Source of the DNA: Eledone cirrhosa
Taxonomy: Eukaryota
NCBI GenBank assembly: GCA_964016885.1
Contig: CAXHJY010000244.1
Location: 13,091-77,090, forward strand
Direction: 5' to 3'
DNA length: 64,000 nt
Shown: piece after piece, positions 31,462 through 48,794 of the stretch
Layout of the letters: every line of letters starts with the position of its first letter
Numbering within the stretch: position 1 is the stretch's first letter
The notes under the pieces: generated by a model
Told to the model about the DNA's origin: nothing
What the model saw: the letters and a program-made list of their open reading frames with translations, nothing else
Database searches by the model: none
Position numbers and translations under genes: made by a program

Positions 31462-32504
31462 AGCTATGTAGCTATGTATGTATGTATCATATATATATAT
31501 GTATTATGTTTATTTTTATATATGTAGTGATATGGATGCGTGTATTTATGTATGTATGTACGTATGTGTTCTCTCTCCCTCTATCTCTCTTAATTTTGGG
31601 TTTATTTTTGACCGGCCACCTTCCCGGTGGCAAGGTTGTTAAAAAAACAAACAGAAATTTTCGCTGTTCTATTTGCAATTGTTCTTCATTTGAATTGTAA
31701 GAATGTTTTGCAGATTTCGAAGATTCCAGATATCGCGGCCATTTGTAGATCTTCGATAAAGTAGCTACGTTCTCTCGCCATAAATTCAGTCATACATTAG
31801 TTCAGATGAGCTGGTATATATCCCGTAGGCCCAATAATAATTGTTTCTATTTTGGGGCACAAGGCCAGCAATAACAACAACAATAGCTGCAATCGTTGTC
31901 AGTGAGTGCAGTAACCCAACATCAAAGGAATAAAAATAAAAAAAGGAATGAAGGCAACATTGAGAAGATAGTGCACTGGACGTTATGAGAGACAAAACAG
32001 ACAAACAAAAAAAGACGACAAAAGCAGAGACGAAGAGAAAAATGGTACAGACGCCGACCCTGACCTTATGTCTGAGTCACCTGACGTGAAGGTGGCGTGG
32101 GACTTGAACGTTCAATTTAATCACGATATACATGAAAGAAGATATTGTTATTACTGGGGAGAAAGAGAGAAATAAAGGAAAAGTCTTTAATTTAATTGGT
32201 CGATCGTTGGAGACAAAGGAAATGGATTTCACGGCCGTTTGAGATTGAGATGCTAAATAGAGTCTGTAACAAAGACAAAAAGGAGCGCTTATAATTAATA
32301 GAGAAAAGGCATTGTCTGATGAGATAATTAATGTTAGCAACACCTGAGGGATAGAAGAGAGACAGAGAGAGGGGGAGAAAGAGAGGGAGAGGGGTAAAAA
32401 GAGAGAGAGAGAGGGGTAAAGAGAGGGAGAGGGGTAAAAAGAGAGAGAGAGAGAGAGAGGGGTAAAAAGAGAGAGAGGGGGGAGTTGGAGAGTGGGTTGA
32501 AGTC

Positions 32505-32757
32505 ATACTAGTTGTAGTAGTAGTAGTGCGTGGCCCATCTCTGTTGCTGCTGCTGCTACTGCTACTACTACTACTACTGCTGCTGCTATTGCTACTACTA
32601 CTACTAATGCTGCTGCTTCTACTACTACTAATACTGCTATTACTGCTGCTGCTGCTACTACTACTACTACTACTACTGCTACTACTATTAATACTAGTAA
32701 TACTAATACTACTACTACTACTACCACTACTATTACTACTACTACTACAACTACTAC
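32505..32757. repeat. (CTA/CTG)n trinucleotide repeat
   Basis: Direct reading. Confidence 0.9.
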
Positions 32758-32893
32758 TGAAGAATGATATCCGAAACGTTACGACTCTCTCATTACCACA
32801 GCAGAGATCCGACGAGCTTTTGTTTCCAGAGTTGGGCCAGATCGATACAGATCGAACTTTGAGCTGATCAATAGCGAAACGCGCGTCACTACT
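32753..32893 (+). ncRNA. Two adjacent hammerhead-like motifs
   Basis: CTGAAGA(32757) ATGATATCC GAAA CGTT, and CCGACGA(32809) GCT...AGC GAAA CGCGCG TC followed by AATAAA and (TA)n. The 3' half of the second motif recurs at 54985-55090. Confidence 0.5.
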
Positions 32894-32932
32894 CAATAAA
32901 CGTAATGAAGGCATAACAATTCGTCCTTTTAC

Positions 32933-32976
<44 letters not shown>

Positions 32977-32979
<3 letters not shown>

Positions 32980-33258
32980 AAAATGTTTGACCCCGATGGC
33001 AGAGCTCAAGCCGTTTCGACGGGTATTTCTGGACTTAGAAATAGCCGTCGAAACGGCTTGAGCTCTGCCGTCGGGGTCAAACATTTTCCTATTACCCACT
33101 CTACTACCCTAAGTATTGAGTACTCTGGTGCGTTATGGTCCATCTGGTTCCTTACCAGTCTTCCTTCATTATATATATATATATCGATATATGTTCGATT
33201 AGATATATATATATCAATATATGTTCGATTAGATATATATATATCGATATATATTCGA

Positions 33259-33302
<44 letters not shown>

Positions 33303-33495
33303 GAAGGAGGTGTGGTAAGGAACCAGATGGACCATAACGCACCAAAGTACTCAATACTTAGGGTAGTAGAGTGGGTAATAGGAACGAGTAGGACGCCGAC
33401 GGCTGAGCTCAAGCCGTTTCGACGGCTAATTCTGGACTAAAAAAAAAAAAAAAAAAAAAAACGGCTTGAGCTCAGCCGTCGGGGTCCTACTCGTT

Positions 33496-33498
<3 letters not shown>
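32977..33498. mobile_element. Two tail-to-tail copies of fold-back family B (32977-33170, 33300-33498)
   Basis: Palindrome GAGCTCAAGCCGTTTCGACGG...CCGTCGAAACGGCTTGAGCTC plus the tail ACCCTAAGTATTGAGTACT..GGTGCGTTATGGTCCA. Confidence 0.85.
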
Positions 33499-33540
<42 letters not shown>

Positions 33541-33584
33541 CGGCGATGTTATTAATTCTGGCAATATTACACAAATATGACCCT

Positions 33585-33630
<46 letters not shown>

Positions 33631-33698
33631 TTCCAACCTCACTTTCAATTTTAATAGATTTTCAATCTCATTTCCTATTTTTATATATTTCATAACAT

Positions 33699-33766
33699 CT
33701 CTATCTGATGAGCGAACTAGACATATGTTAATATTGTCTGGGATCCTGAAACCTTTGGTAATGGAG
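33699..33766 (+). ncRNA. Type I hammerhead ribozyme-like motif in TA-flanked element (33630-33830)
   Basis: CTCTAT CTGATGA...TAGACA-loop-TGTCTG...GAAA CC-ttt-GG TA ATGGAG. Stem I 6 bp, GUA triplet; the base of stem II is imperfect. Confidence 0.72.
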
Positions 33767-34015
33767 TAGTTATATATTGTATTGTTCACTTTCTAATTAA
33801 ATAGCTCTGTTTTATACATAGAGCACTCTTTGTGTGTGTGTGTTTGTGTGTATAAGTGCGTGTGTGAATAAGTGTGCGTGTTTGTGTGTATAAGTGCGTG
33901 TGTGAATAAGTGTGCGTGTGTGTGTGTGTGTGTATACGAACCCCAAACAAGTTTAATGAATTAACATCAATAGAGGTCAACAGCTTACAAAAAAAAAATG
34001 ACCACAAGGGGGAGT

Positions 34016-34257
34016 TGGGCGTTTACGACATGTCGTAAATCTCACCTCCCCATCCACCCCACCCTCGCTTACCGTACAAACAACGACCCCACCGACACAA
34101 TTCCAGGGACCTTTTTACGTTTTCTATCAAACAACACTAGTAATAAATCTTTCTCCTGTTTCTCTTAATATGTTAAACCTGAACTAGGATGTAGGTAAAG
34201 GAGGAATTAATTCTTATATACACCGTAGGTCAGATTTACGACATGCCGCAAGCCAAG
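34016..34257. mobile_element. MITE-like element with ~30-bp imperfect TIRs
   Basis: TTGGGCGTTTACGACATGTCGTAAATCTCACCT / AGGTCAGATTTACGACATGCCGCAAGCCAA. Confidence 0.6.
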
Positions 34258-34482
34258 ATAATTTGCTTGATAAGTAAGCCACAGTCGACAGATTGGTGTG
34301 ATAAATAGACTGTTAGATAGATAATGTATGTGTATATGTATGTATGTAGATAGATAGATAATGTATATATGTATGTATGTATATATAATGTATGTATGTA
34401 TATATTATGTATGTAAGTATAAAGTATGTATGTATATATGTATGTATGTATAATGTATGTATGTATATATGTATGTATGTAT

Positions 34483-34660
34483 AATTGTTTCTACGTTAGG
34501 CACAAGGCCAGCAATTACCCAGTGCATTACTAGTACTTTATTCTATCGACCCCGTAAGGATGAAAGGCAAAGTCAACCTCGGCGGGATTTGAACTCAGAT
34601 CGTAAAGGGACGTAACTATGCTGGAAAGCATGGCGTCCGACCCTCTACCGATACTGCCAA
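34483..34660 (-). mobile_element. SINE family 1
   Basis: Reverse complement of the SINE body. Confidence 0.9.
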
Positions 34661-34663
34661 AAT

Positions 34664-35257
34664 GGTCACCAGTTGGTGCTACTGGTTACATGTATCCCAG
34701 TACAACCTGTCTAATGGTCGGGTCGTTGGCGACTAAACTGGCAACCCCACCAAGGTTTCTTGGTGAGGAGGGTGACTTTGCACATCTTGCAGGACTAAAA
34801 ACAAAACCTGTCAAAGGGAAAAGGAGCTCTTGAGAGTCAATGGCCATCCAAAAGCACCGGGAGAGATGACCCCTTAGCCTTTGTCTAGGAGAAGGAAAAC
34901 TCTGATATAACACCTGCAACCCTGATGGTATCCAATGATGTTGACTTGTTCTTCTTTTTGGTAAATATCATCTTGGTGAAGAGAGTGGGACTGGCTTTGT
35001 GCAGTGCCTTTGCTCACTATAAAAGCTTCACGGCGCAGGCATTGCTTTATATCTGGAGATCTCTCTGCACTTGTCATCACATGATACCATGGGCCCAGCA
35101 CTATGTGTCAATAATTGTCACAAGTGTAGTGTTTGTACCAGAGTTTTCAAGACGCTGGCTGGACTAAAAAATCACACTCGTTCAGCGCATCGGTAGGGGT
35201 TCTCCTACATGGATATAAAGTAGTGGCTGTACTCGAAAACGAGTTGACAGCCACCAT
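34664..35257 (+). mobile_element. ~594-bp RTE-related non-coding retroposon, copy 2
   Basis: Reverse complement of 10487-11080, with a (TATG)n tail. Confidence 0.8.
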
Positions 35258-35685
35258 GTATGTATGTACGTATGTATGATATCGACCAGTTCTCCCTTTC
35301 GAGTAGTGTTTTCGATGCCCAGAGAGTGGGATTAGTCGAGTGCAAGGCCTTTCTCCACTTAAAAAACCTTCAAAGCACTGGCAATGTTTGTTCAGGATCT
35401 GTTACAGGTTCGTGTGACTGGCCGTAGCCTAAAAGTACACCAAACTCTATAATCTGACAAACAATTGCAATCCTCTTAGCAGAGTTTGCAGCCATCATGT
35501 ACTTATGTAAATGCATTGGATGTTCAGAGAGTGGGATTGGCTCCGTGCAAAGCCTTTACTCACTTAAACAAGCTTCAAGCACAGGCACCGCTTGACATGT
35601 GACATTTTTTGCGAACACCCTAACCACAAAGCCACGCGTCTTCACAGTACCTAAGATACACATTCAGTTCCATACCTATTATTAG

Positions 35686-35870
35686 TGGGCAGATTGGCAG
35701 TATCGGTAGAAGGTCGGACGCCATGCTTTGTAGCATAGAGTTATGGCCCTTTATAGTTTGAGTTCAAATGCCACCGAGGTCAACTTTGCCTTTCATCCTT
35801 ACGGGGTCGATAAAATAAAGTAGCAGTAATACCTGGGTAATTGCTGGTCTTGTGCCAAAAGTAGAAACAT
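35686..35870 (+). mobile_element. SINE family 1
   Basis: Head, B-box and body present. Confidence 0.9.
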
Positions 35871-36096
35871 TTGTTGTTGTTGTTGTTGTTATTTCCTCGT
35901 CGTCCACATCACTATAACCACCACCGCCCATCATCATCACCCACATCACCACCACTACCACCATCATCACAACCACCTCCACCACCAATACTTAGACGAG
36001 CAAATTTTAAATTTGTTTCTTTATTTTATTCCAGTCTCAAGACAAATCGATGTTCTTCGGGAAAGAAAGAGAAGAGAGAAAGAAACCAACGACAAT

Positions 36097-36421
<325 letters not shown>

Positions 36422-36476
36422 ACGTAACTCCCTACCCTCACCCCCACCGAAACAAAACAAACGAAAGCTGAAGTTG

Positions 36477-37709
36477 ATGATGACAAAGATGATGATGATG
36501 GAAAGCAATCAGACCCCTACTTTTGAAAGTGTTTTCGGTTGTCAAACGTTTGATTACACTTTTGAAAATATATCCTTGGGCAATTTATCGAACTCACATC
36601 TCGATGCAGAGAACTGTTTGCTCGATACGGTGCAAATGGATGTCGGAGATAAGATCTACGCTTTCTCAACGCCAGTGATTTTCGCCATGGGTATACTAGG
36701 TAATTCTGTATCACTAAAGATATTCTTGTCGAAAAACTTCCGGCGTCAAGCTGGTGGTGTGTATTTAGCGTCGCTGTCTTGTGCGGACATTTTCGCCTTA
36801 GTTTTCTACGTGATGACGGAATGGCTGAAAAAAATACCTCTCTTTTTAATGTCCAGTCGTAAGATACCGGTCTTGGATACAGAAGGAATGTGCCAAATGA
36901 TACAGTTTCTATCGTACACCTTCCGTTTTCTCTCTTCTTGGTTGGTCGTTATATTCACAGTCGAAAGATACATTGGAGTGTGTCATCCCTTTAAAAGACT
37001 TGAATGGTGCACGACAAAGACGGCACGGAGGAGTATAGGGGGACTGGTTATAGTTTCGCTGGCCATTAACTCTTATAAGCCGGCCCTAACTAAAGTGTAT
37101 CGGCTTCACGGAGGTTTAACGAAGTGTACTGGAAATTTGGAATACAGATATCTTTCGTTTATTTTGGACAGTGTATACGCAGTCTCTATTACTTTCGTTC
37201 CGTTTGTGTTTATATTCCTGCTGAATATTCTAATTATTCGTGCTTTAGTACGGCTAAAACGAAGACAAAAGACCAACCAAGTAAAAGCAAAGGAAGCAGT
37301 CGGTAGGACAGACTTTACATTGTTATTGCTGATGATATCTTTCTGTTTCATAGCCTTCAAACTTCCGTTTTTTGTTACTTGGTGCCAACAGTTCTTCTTT
37401 TCCATAAAACTAGAGGGGAGTGACTTAGACGAAATCAACGACCACAACAGACTTTTAGTGATGAAAAAAGCTCTCAACATATCCAGAATTATATTCTACA
37501 TGAGCTACGTAACAAATTTCTTTCTCTACAGTTTCGTTGGCTCTTCTTTCCGTCTTGAACTTAAGCGACTGTTGTCCTGTCGCCACAAGAGAGCTCGCAC
37601 CAATACTTGGACTCCACAACGAACATATTTGCGCTCCGATATCAGCCATGTTGAATCTTTTCACCGCAACACTTCTGCTGCTAAGAACCAGAGTATAGAT
37701 GAGGTCTGA
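36477..37709 (+). CDS. Intronless rhodopsin-like (class A) GPCR, FMRFamide-receptor-like peptide receptor group
   Basis: 410 aa from the first ATG (the ORF track starts at TTG 36474; several in-frame Mets follow). Seven hydrophobic segments: TM1 GN, TM2 LSCAD, TM3 Cys and FTVERY followed by HPF, TM5 VPF, TM6 FKLP, TM7 NFFLY. N-terminal sequons NQT, NIS, NLS. AATAAA at 37777. Confidence 0.95.
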   Translation: MMTKMMMMESNQTPTFESVFGCQTFDYTFENISLGNLSNSHLDAENCLLDTVQMDVGDKIYAFSTPVIFAMGILGNSVSLKIFLSKNFRRQAGGVYLASLSCADIFALVFYVMTEWLKKIPLFLMSSRKIPVLDTEGMCQMIQFLSYTFRFLSSWLVVIFTVERYIGVCHPFKRLEWCTTKTARRSIGGLVIVSLAINSYKPALTKVYRLHGGLTKCTGNLEYRYLSFILDSVYAVSITFVPFVFIFLLNILIIRALVRLKRRQKTNQVKAKEAVGRTDFTLLLLMISFCFIAFKLPFFVTWCQQFFFSIKLEGSDLDEINDHNRLLVMKKALNISRIIFYMSYVTNFFLYSFVGSSFRLELKRLLSCRHKRARTNTWTPQRTYLRSDISHVESFHRNTSAAKNQSIDEV

Positions 37710-38298
37710 AGTATATATATACGTGTATATAAACATATATACATATATATACATATATATATATATACATGCAAACAATAAACTACCACACCTTATTTAT
37801 ATATATATATATATTTATATATATATAGTAATAATAAATGTGAAGACTAAAATTCAGAAGATCCCGTTATGGGTGAAAGCAGCGATTATTTGCTTAATCT
37901 TTAATCTGTTATTTTAATAAATATATATATATATCATACTTTATGGATTATCGAAGCGCTGAGAGTGATTTAAATTTTAAAATGTGAGAGTCCCAAACGT
38001 AGAAACTAATTGTGATAACAATCGATCACTATAGATAAAAGTTGGGAAAAGGGCTATAGTGGTCGTTTGTTGTTACAGTTATTTTCTACGCCTGGGACGG
38101 ACAGACGGAAACAGACACATATATAAATACACACACACAGACACGCACATATATATATATATATGTGTATATATATACATATATATATATATACATATAT
38201 ATACATATGTATACATATATATATATATATATATATACATATATATACATATGTATACATATATATATATATATATATATACATATATATACATATGT

Positions 38299-38334
<36 letters not shown>

Positions 38335-38341
38335 GTATACA

Positions 38342-38373
<32 letters not shown>

Positions 38374-38405
38374 CATACATATATATATATACATATGTAT
38401 ACATA

Positions 38406-38437
<32 letters not shown>

Positions 38438-38690
38438 CATACATATATATATATACATATGTATACATATATATATATATATATATACATACATACATAC
38501 ATATATACATATATATATACATATATACATACATATGCATATATATATACATATATATATACATATATACATACATATACATATATATATACATATATAT
38601 ATACATATATATATACATATATACATACATATACATATATATATACATATACATATATATATACATATATATATACATATATATATATAC

Positions 38691-38745
<55 letters not shown>

Positions 38746-38812
38746 TATATACATATATATATACATATATATATACATATATATATACATATATATATAC
38801 ATATATATATAC

Positions 38813-38847
<35 letters not shown>

Positions 38848-38873
38848 CAATATATATACATATATATATATAC

Positions 38874-38925
<52 letters not shown>

Positions 38926-38950
38926 AATATATACATATATATATAAATAT

Positions 38951-38995
<45 letters not shown>

Positions 38996-39110
38996 TATAT
39001 ACATATATATATATATATACATATATATATGTATATACATATATATATATACATATATATATATATACATATATATATATACATATATATATATACATAT
39101 ATATATATAC

Positions 39111-39141
<31 letters not shown>

Positions 39142-39413
39142 ATATACATATATATATATATATATATATATGTGTATATATATACATATATATATATATA
39201 TATGTATATATATACATATATATATATATATATGTATATATATACATATATATATACATATATATATACATATATATATACATATATATATACATATATA
39301 CATATATATATATATACATATATACATATATACATATACATATATATATACATATATATATATATACACATATATATATATATATATATACATATATATA
39401 TACACATATACAC

Positions 39414-39444
<31 letters not shown>

Positions 39445-39565
39445 CACATATACACATATATATATATATATATACATATATATATACACATATATACACA
39501 TATATATATATATATATACATATATATATACACATATACACATATATATATATACATATATATAT

Positions 39566-39624
<59 letters not shown>

Positions 39625-39755
39625 TATATATATACATATATATACATATATATATACATATACATATACATATATACATATATATATATACACATATACA
39701 CATATATATATACATATATATACATATATATATACATATACATATTCATATATAC

Positions 39756-39930
<175 letters not shown>

Positions 39931-39999
39931 CATATACATATATATATATACACATATACATATATATACATATATACATATATATATATACATATACAT

Positions 40000-40032
<33 letters not shown>

Positions 40033-40137
40033 CATATATATACATATACATATATATATACATATACATATATACATATATATACATATATATATACATA
40101 TACATATATATACATATACATATATATATACATATAC

Positions 40138-40204
<67 letters not shown>

Positions 40205-40465
40205 CATATATATATATACATATACATATATATATATACATATATATATATACATATATATATATACATATATATACATATATATATATACATATATATA
40301 TAGATATATATATATATATATACATATATAGATATATATATATAGATATACATATATAGATATATATATAGATATACATATATAGATATATATATATAGA
40401 TATATATATATATACATATATAGATATATATATATACATATAGAGATATATATATATAGATATAG

Positions 40466-40544
<79 letters not shown>

Positions 40545-40551
<7 letters not shown>

Positions 40552-40830
40552 GTGAGGTGTCCTACACGAGGGAAAGTATAAAGAACAAAAGATGAAATCG
40601 AAAATGCAACTGGAGTCTTATTTTTTAAAAAATACATATATTTATTTGGTTCCTTTACCGGTTTCACAGTTCTTCTGCTTTTCAGATGTGAGAAAAACCA
40701 CAGACCCTCCATTATCAACTCTACTTTTGAAAAGCAGAAGAACTGCGAAACTGGTAAAGGAACCAAAAAAATATATATATTTTTTTTAAATAAGACTCCA
40801 GTTGCATTTTCGATTTCATCTTTTTTTCTA
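40545..40830. mobile_element. Fold-back family A, copy 2 (left arm centrally deleted)
   Basis: Homologous to 1376-1710 and 50382-50743. Confidence 0.85.
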
Positions 40831-40843
40831 TATATATATATAC

Positions 40844-40914
<71 letters not shown>

Positions 40915-40931
40915 AATATATATAAATATAT

Positions 40932-40969
<38 letters not shown>

Positions 40970-40970
40970 G

Positions 40971-41007
<37 letters not shown>

Positions 41008-41008
41008 G

Positions 41009-41045
<37 letters not shown>

Positions 41046-41046
41046 G

Positions 41047-41171
<125 letters not shown>

Positions 41172-41186
41172 AATATATAAATATAT

Positions 41187-41288
<102 letters not shown>

Positions 41289-41289
41289 G

Positions 41290-41347
<58 letters not shown>

Positions 41348-41357
41348 TATATATATA

Positions 41358-41395
<38 letters not shown>

Positions 41396-41478
41396 AATAT
41401 ATATAAATATATATGTATATGTATATATATGTATATGTATATATGGATATACATATATATATATATGTATATGTATAT

Positions 41479-41518
<40 letters not shown>

Positions 41519-41711
41519 TTGTATATATATATATATGTATATATATATATGTATATATGTATATATATATGTATATATATATATGTATATATGTATATAT
41601 ATATATGTATATATGTATATATATATATGTATATATGTATATATATATATATGTATATGTATATGTATATATATATATATGTATATGTATATATATATAT
41701 ATGTATATGTA

Positions 41712-41834
<123 letters not shown>

Positions 41835-41835
41835 G

Positions 41836-42393
<558 letters not shown>

Positions 42394-42506
42394 GTATATA
42401 TATATATGTATATATATATATGTATATATATATATGTATATATATATATGTATATATATATATGTATATATATATATGTATATATATATATGTATATGTA
42501 TATATG

Positions 42507-42612
<106 letters not shown>

Positions 42613-42613
42613 C

Positions 42614-42838
<225 letters not shown>

Positions 42839-42867
42839 TGTATATACATATATATATATGTATATAC

Positions 42868-42967
<100 letters not shown>

Positions 42968-42978
42968 GTATATATATG

Positions 42979-43136
<158 letters not shown>

Positions 43137-43277
43137 ATTCTGGCAATATTACGCAAATATGACCCTCCCCAAGTATAACAATATATGTTTCGACACACGA
43201 TTTCATATAAAAAACCTCGCAAAACTATATATATATGTATATATGTATATATATATATATATATGTATATATATGTA

Positions 43278-43317
<40 letters not shown>

Positions 43318-43331
43318 CACATATATATGTG

Positions 43332-43433
<102 letters not shown>

Positions 43434-43470
43434 TCAGAGCAAACAGCACGGACACTCTATCTCAGAATTA

Positions 43471-43508
43471 TTTTCGAAAAGCATTTAGAAATGCGCAACC
43501 GGTAAAAA
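43471..43508 (+). ncRNA. Degenerate hammerhead-like motif
   Basis: TTTT CGAAAA GCATT-taga-AATGC GCAA CCGG TA AAAA. Stems and palindromic loop are intact; the core is mutated. Confidence 0.45.
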
Positions 43509-43582
43509 CTTAAAAACTTAAAACCACGACTGAATACTAACCCATACAATCACTAATACTCTTTTATTCCTAATTATATATA

Positions 43583-43615
<33 letters not shown>

Positions 43616-43684
43616 ATGTATCTATATATATGTATATATGTATATGTATCTATATATATGTATATATATATGTATATATATATG

Positions 43685-43719
<35 letters not shown>

Positions 43720-43720
43720 G

Positions 43721-43789
<69 letters not shown>

Positions 43790-43814
43790 CTGTATATATA
43801 TATATATATATCTG

Positions 43815-43989
<175 letters not shown>

Positions 43990-44316
43990 GTATATATAGA
44001 TATGTATATATATATGTATATATATATATGTATATATATATATGTATATATATATATCTATATATATATGTATATATTTATATGTATATATATATATGTA
44101 TATATATATGTATATATATATGTATATATATATATGTATATATATATATGTATATATATATGTATATATATATGTATATATATATGTATATATATATATG
44201 TATATATATATGTATATATATATGAATATATATGTATATATATATGTATATATATGTATATATATATGTATATATATATGTATATATATATGAATATATA
44301 TATGTATATATATATG

Positions 44317-44347
<31 letters not shown>

Positions 44348-44388
44348 GTATATATATATATGTATATATATATATATGTATATATATG

Positions 44389-44419
<31 letters not shown>

Positions 44420-44450
44420 GTATATATATATATGTATATATATATATATT

Positions 44451-44485
<35 letters not shown>

Positions 44486-44516
44486 GTATATATATATATA
44501 TGTATATATATATATG

Positions 44517-44563
<47 letters not shown>

Positions 44564-44564
44564 G

Positions 44565-44675
<111 letters not shown>

Positions 44676-44694
44676 GTATATATATATATATGTT

Positions 44695-44727
<33 letters not shown>

Positions 44728-44744
44728 GTATGTATATATATATG

Positions 44745-44811
<67 letters not shown>

Positions 44812-44850
44812 GTATATATATATGTATATATATATATGTATATATATATG

Positions 44851-44923
<73 letters not shown>

Positions 44924-44992
44924 GTATATATATATGTATATATATATATATGTATATATATGTATATATATATATATATATGTATATGTATG

Positions 44993-45473
<481 letters not shown>

Positions 45474-45474
45474 G

Positions 45475-45563
<89 letters not shown>

Positions 45564-45746
45564 GTACATATATATATATGTATATATATGTATATATATA
45601 TATATATGTATCTATATATATATATATGTATATGTATATATATGTATATATATATATATACATATATATATGTATATATGTATATATATATATATATATG
45701 TATATGTATATATATGTATATATATATATATACATATATATATGTA

Positions 45747-45838
<92 letters not shown>

Positions 45839-45858
45839 TATATACATATATATATATG

Positions 45859-45990
<132 letters not shown>

Positions 45991-46018
45991 TACATATATA
46001 TATACATATATATATATG

Positions 46019-46190
<172 letters not shown>

Positions 46191-46191
46191 C

Positions 46192-46244
<53 letters not shown>

Positions 46245-46364
46245 TATACATACATATATATGTATATATATACATATATATATATATATGTATATATATA
46301 CATATATACATATATACATATATATATACATATATATATACATATATATATATGTATATAAATA

Positions 46365-46450
<86 letters not shown>

Positions 46451-46636
46451 TATATGTATATATATATGTATATATATATGTATATATATATATATATGTA
46501 TATATACATGTATGTATATATGTATGTATATATGTATGTATATATATATGTATATATATATGTATATATATATATGTATATATATATATGTATATATATA
46601 TATATGTATATATATATATGTATATATATATATATG

Positions 46637-46760
<124 letters not shown>

Positions 46761-46798
46761 TATCAAGTAAGAATATTTTCGAAACAGCGAGTGGGCTT

Positions 46799-46940
46799 TG
46801 AAATTATTAGAAATGTAAGCTATCGCCGTATTTTGACTAAAGAAATTAAAGAAATTATTTAGCCTGATAGTGGGGTTATAATAATTTCTTTAATTTCTTT
46901 AGTCAAAATACGGTGATAGCTTACATTTCTAATAATTTCA
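46799..46940. repeat. ~140-bp fold-back island between TA arrays
   Basis: TGAAATTATTAGAAATGTAAGCTATC.CCGTATTTTGACTAAAGAAATTAAAGAAATTATT and its reverse complement. Confidence 0.9.
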
Positions 46941-47079
46941 TATATATATATATGTGTGTGTATATATATATGTATATATATATATGTATATATATATATG
47001 TATATATATATATGTAAATATATATATATGTATATATATATGTAGATGTATATGTATATATATATATATATATATATAG

Positions 47080-47127
<48 letters not shown>

Positions 47128-47194
47128 ATATGTATATGTATATATATATGTATATACGTATATATATGTATATATATATATGTATATACGTGTA

Positions 47195-47234
<40 letters not shown>

Positions 47235-47240
47235 CGTATA

Positions 47241-47286
<46 letters not shown>

Positions 47287-47331
47287 GAAAAACATGGGGA
47301 GAAGAATACTGCATGGTTGCACATGGAATAC

Positions 47332-47407
<76 letters not shown>

Positions 47408-47496
47408 CGAAGTGTATAAAGAAAGCAACATCGCACAAACAACACTCTAGGACAAACGAATGTATAAATAAATGACAGATTAGACGCATATAAACG

Positions 47497-47527
<31 letters not shown>

Positions 47528-48085
47528 GGGGGGGGGAGGGGGGTATGTCTTAAAACAATCAAACTTATCTGCAATTCTACGTTTTCAACAAAACGGAAAA
47601 AATGCGGAAATTACCGCGAGTGAAAATGTCTCTCTCTTATTTATTTTCGCTTTGATCTATTTTTTAACAACACAATTTTAATCGAAATTTTCGAAAATGT
47701 GAAATATATTTATCTGCAAAATATACATTATTAAGTAAGTTGTGAGAGAACAAAGTCAGATACCGGGGTGGTGGTGGTGGTGGTGGTAGGTGTGGGGGAT
47801 CATTAAATTGTTTTTTATATTATCTGATCCCTGTATATATATATATAGCGTGAATTTAATAAACATTATCTGATCCCTGTATATATATATATGAGCGTGA
47901 ATTTAATAAACATTTATAGTACTGCCTCTCTGTTCTGTCCCTGTTCAATTTTTCATTATATATATATATATATATATATCATCAACAGTTTTCTTAGAAA
48001 TGGTGACATGAATGGACCTGTTATTTTTCGTTTCCGCCACTCCACTGCTCGCCTCAATCTTTCTATTTATTCTTTAATTTCTCTT

Positions 48086-48132
48086 TTTTTTCTGATGAAG
48101 AAACAGCGTTCGAAACGTCGACACGTTAAGAC
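48086..48132 (+). ncRNA. Minimal hammerhead-like motif (family with 48581 and 51960 copies)
   Basis: CTGATGA(48092) AGAA-acagcg-TTC GAAA CGTC. The downstream tail is homologous to 48615-48710. Confidence 0.55.
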
Positions 48133-48220
48133 TCTTTTCCTACTATATCAAACGTAAAACTAATAATATATTTCTTCATTGTGCTGTCTCGTCTGCTTTG
48201 TTATTTCTGTTTGCCTTTTG

Positions 48221-48253
<33 letters not shown>

Positions 48254-48282
48254 GATCAAAAGATGGTTAAAAGAGTTCCATG

Positions 48283-48353
48283 TATTTTATTATGCGCATT
48301 TCAAAAACAAATATCATCATGCGATGACATTTGTGTTTTCGTCAGATAAAATA
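48283..48353 (-). ncRNA. Type I hammerhead ribozyme (element 48252-48425)
   Basis: Minus strand: TATTTTAT CTGACGA AAACACAAATGTCATC-gcat-GATGATATTTGTTTTT GAAA TGCGCA TA ATAAAATA. Perfect 8-bp stem I. Confidence 0.85.
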
Positions 48354-48432
48354 GGGAGACATGATATGAAGGTTAAAAAACACTTGTGAATAGTGCAGTT
48401 TTAAATCAACATATGATATGTTGATATATATG

Positions 48433-48485
<53 letters not shown>

Positions 48486-48493
48486 GTATATAC

Positions 48494-48529
<36 letters not shown>

Positions 48530-48580
48530 GTATATATATATATACCGTCCGTCCCCTCAATCTATCTTATTTCTCATTCT

Positions 48581-48619
48581 TTCTTCTGATGAAGGACTAG
48601 CGGGTCCGAAATGTTAAGA
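48581..48619 (+). ncRNA. Minimal hammerhead-like motif (element 48545-48710)
   Basis: TCTT CTGATGA A GGAC-tagcgg-GTCC GAAA TG TT AAGA. Confidence 0.65.
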
Positions 48620-48701
48620 CCCTCTTCCTGCTATATCAAACGTCAAACTAATATATTCTTTCCATATACTGTACCGATTGTGTTGTTATTTCTGTTTTCC
48701 T

Positions 48702-48749
<48 letters not shown>

Positions 48750-48794
48750 GAGAGAGAGAACATATTATACAAAATCACTGATGGGTAGATCCCA

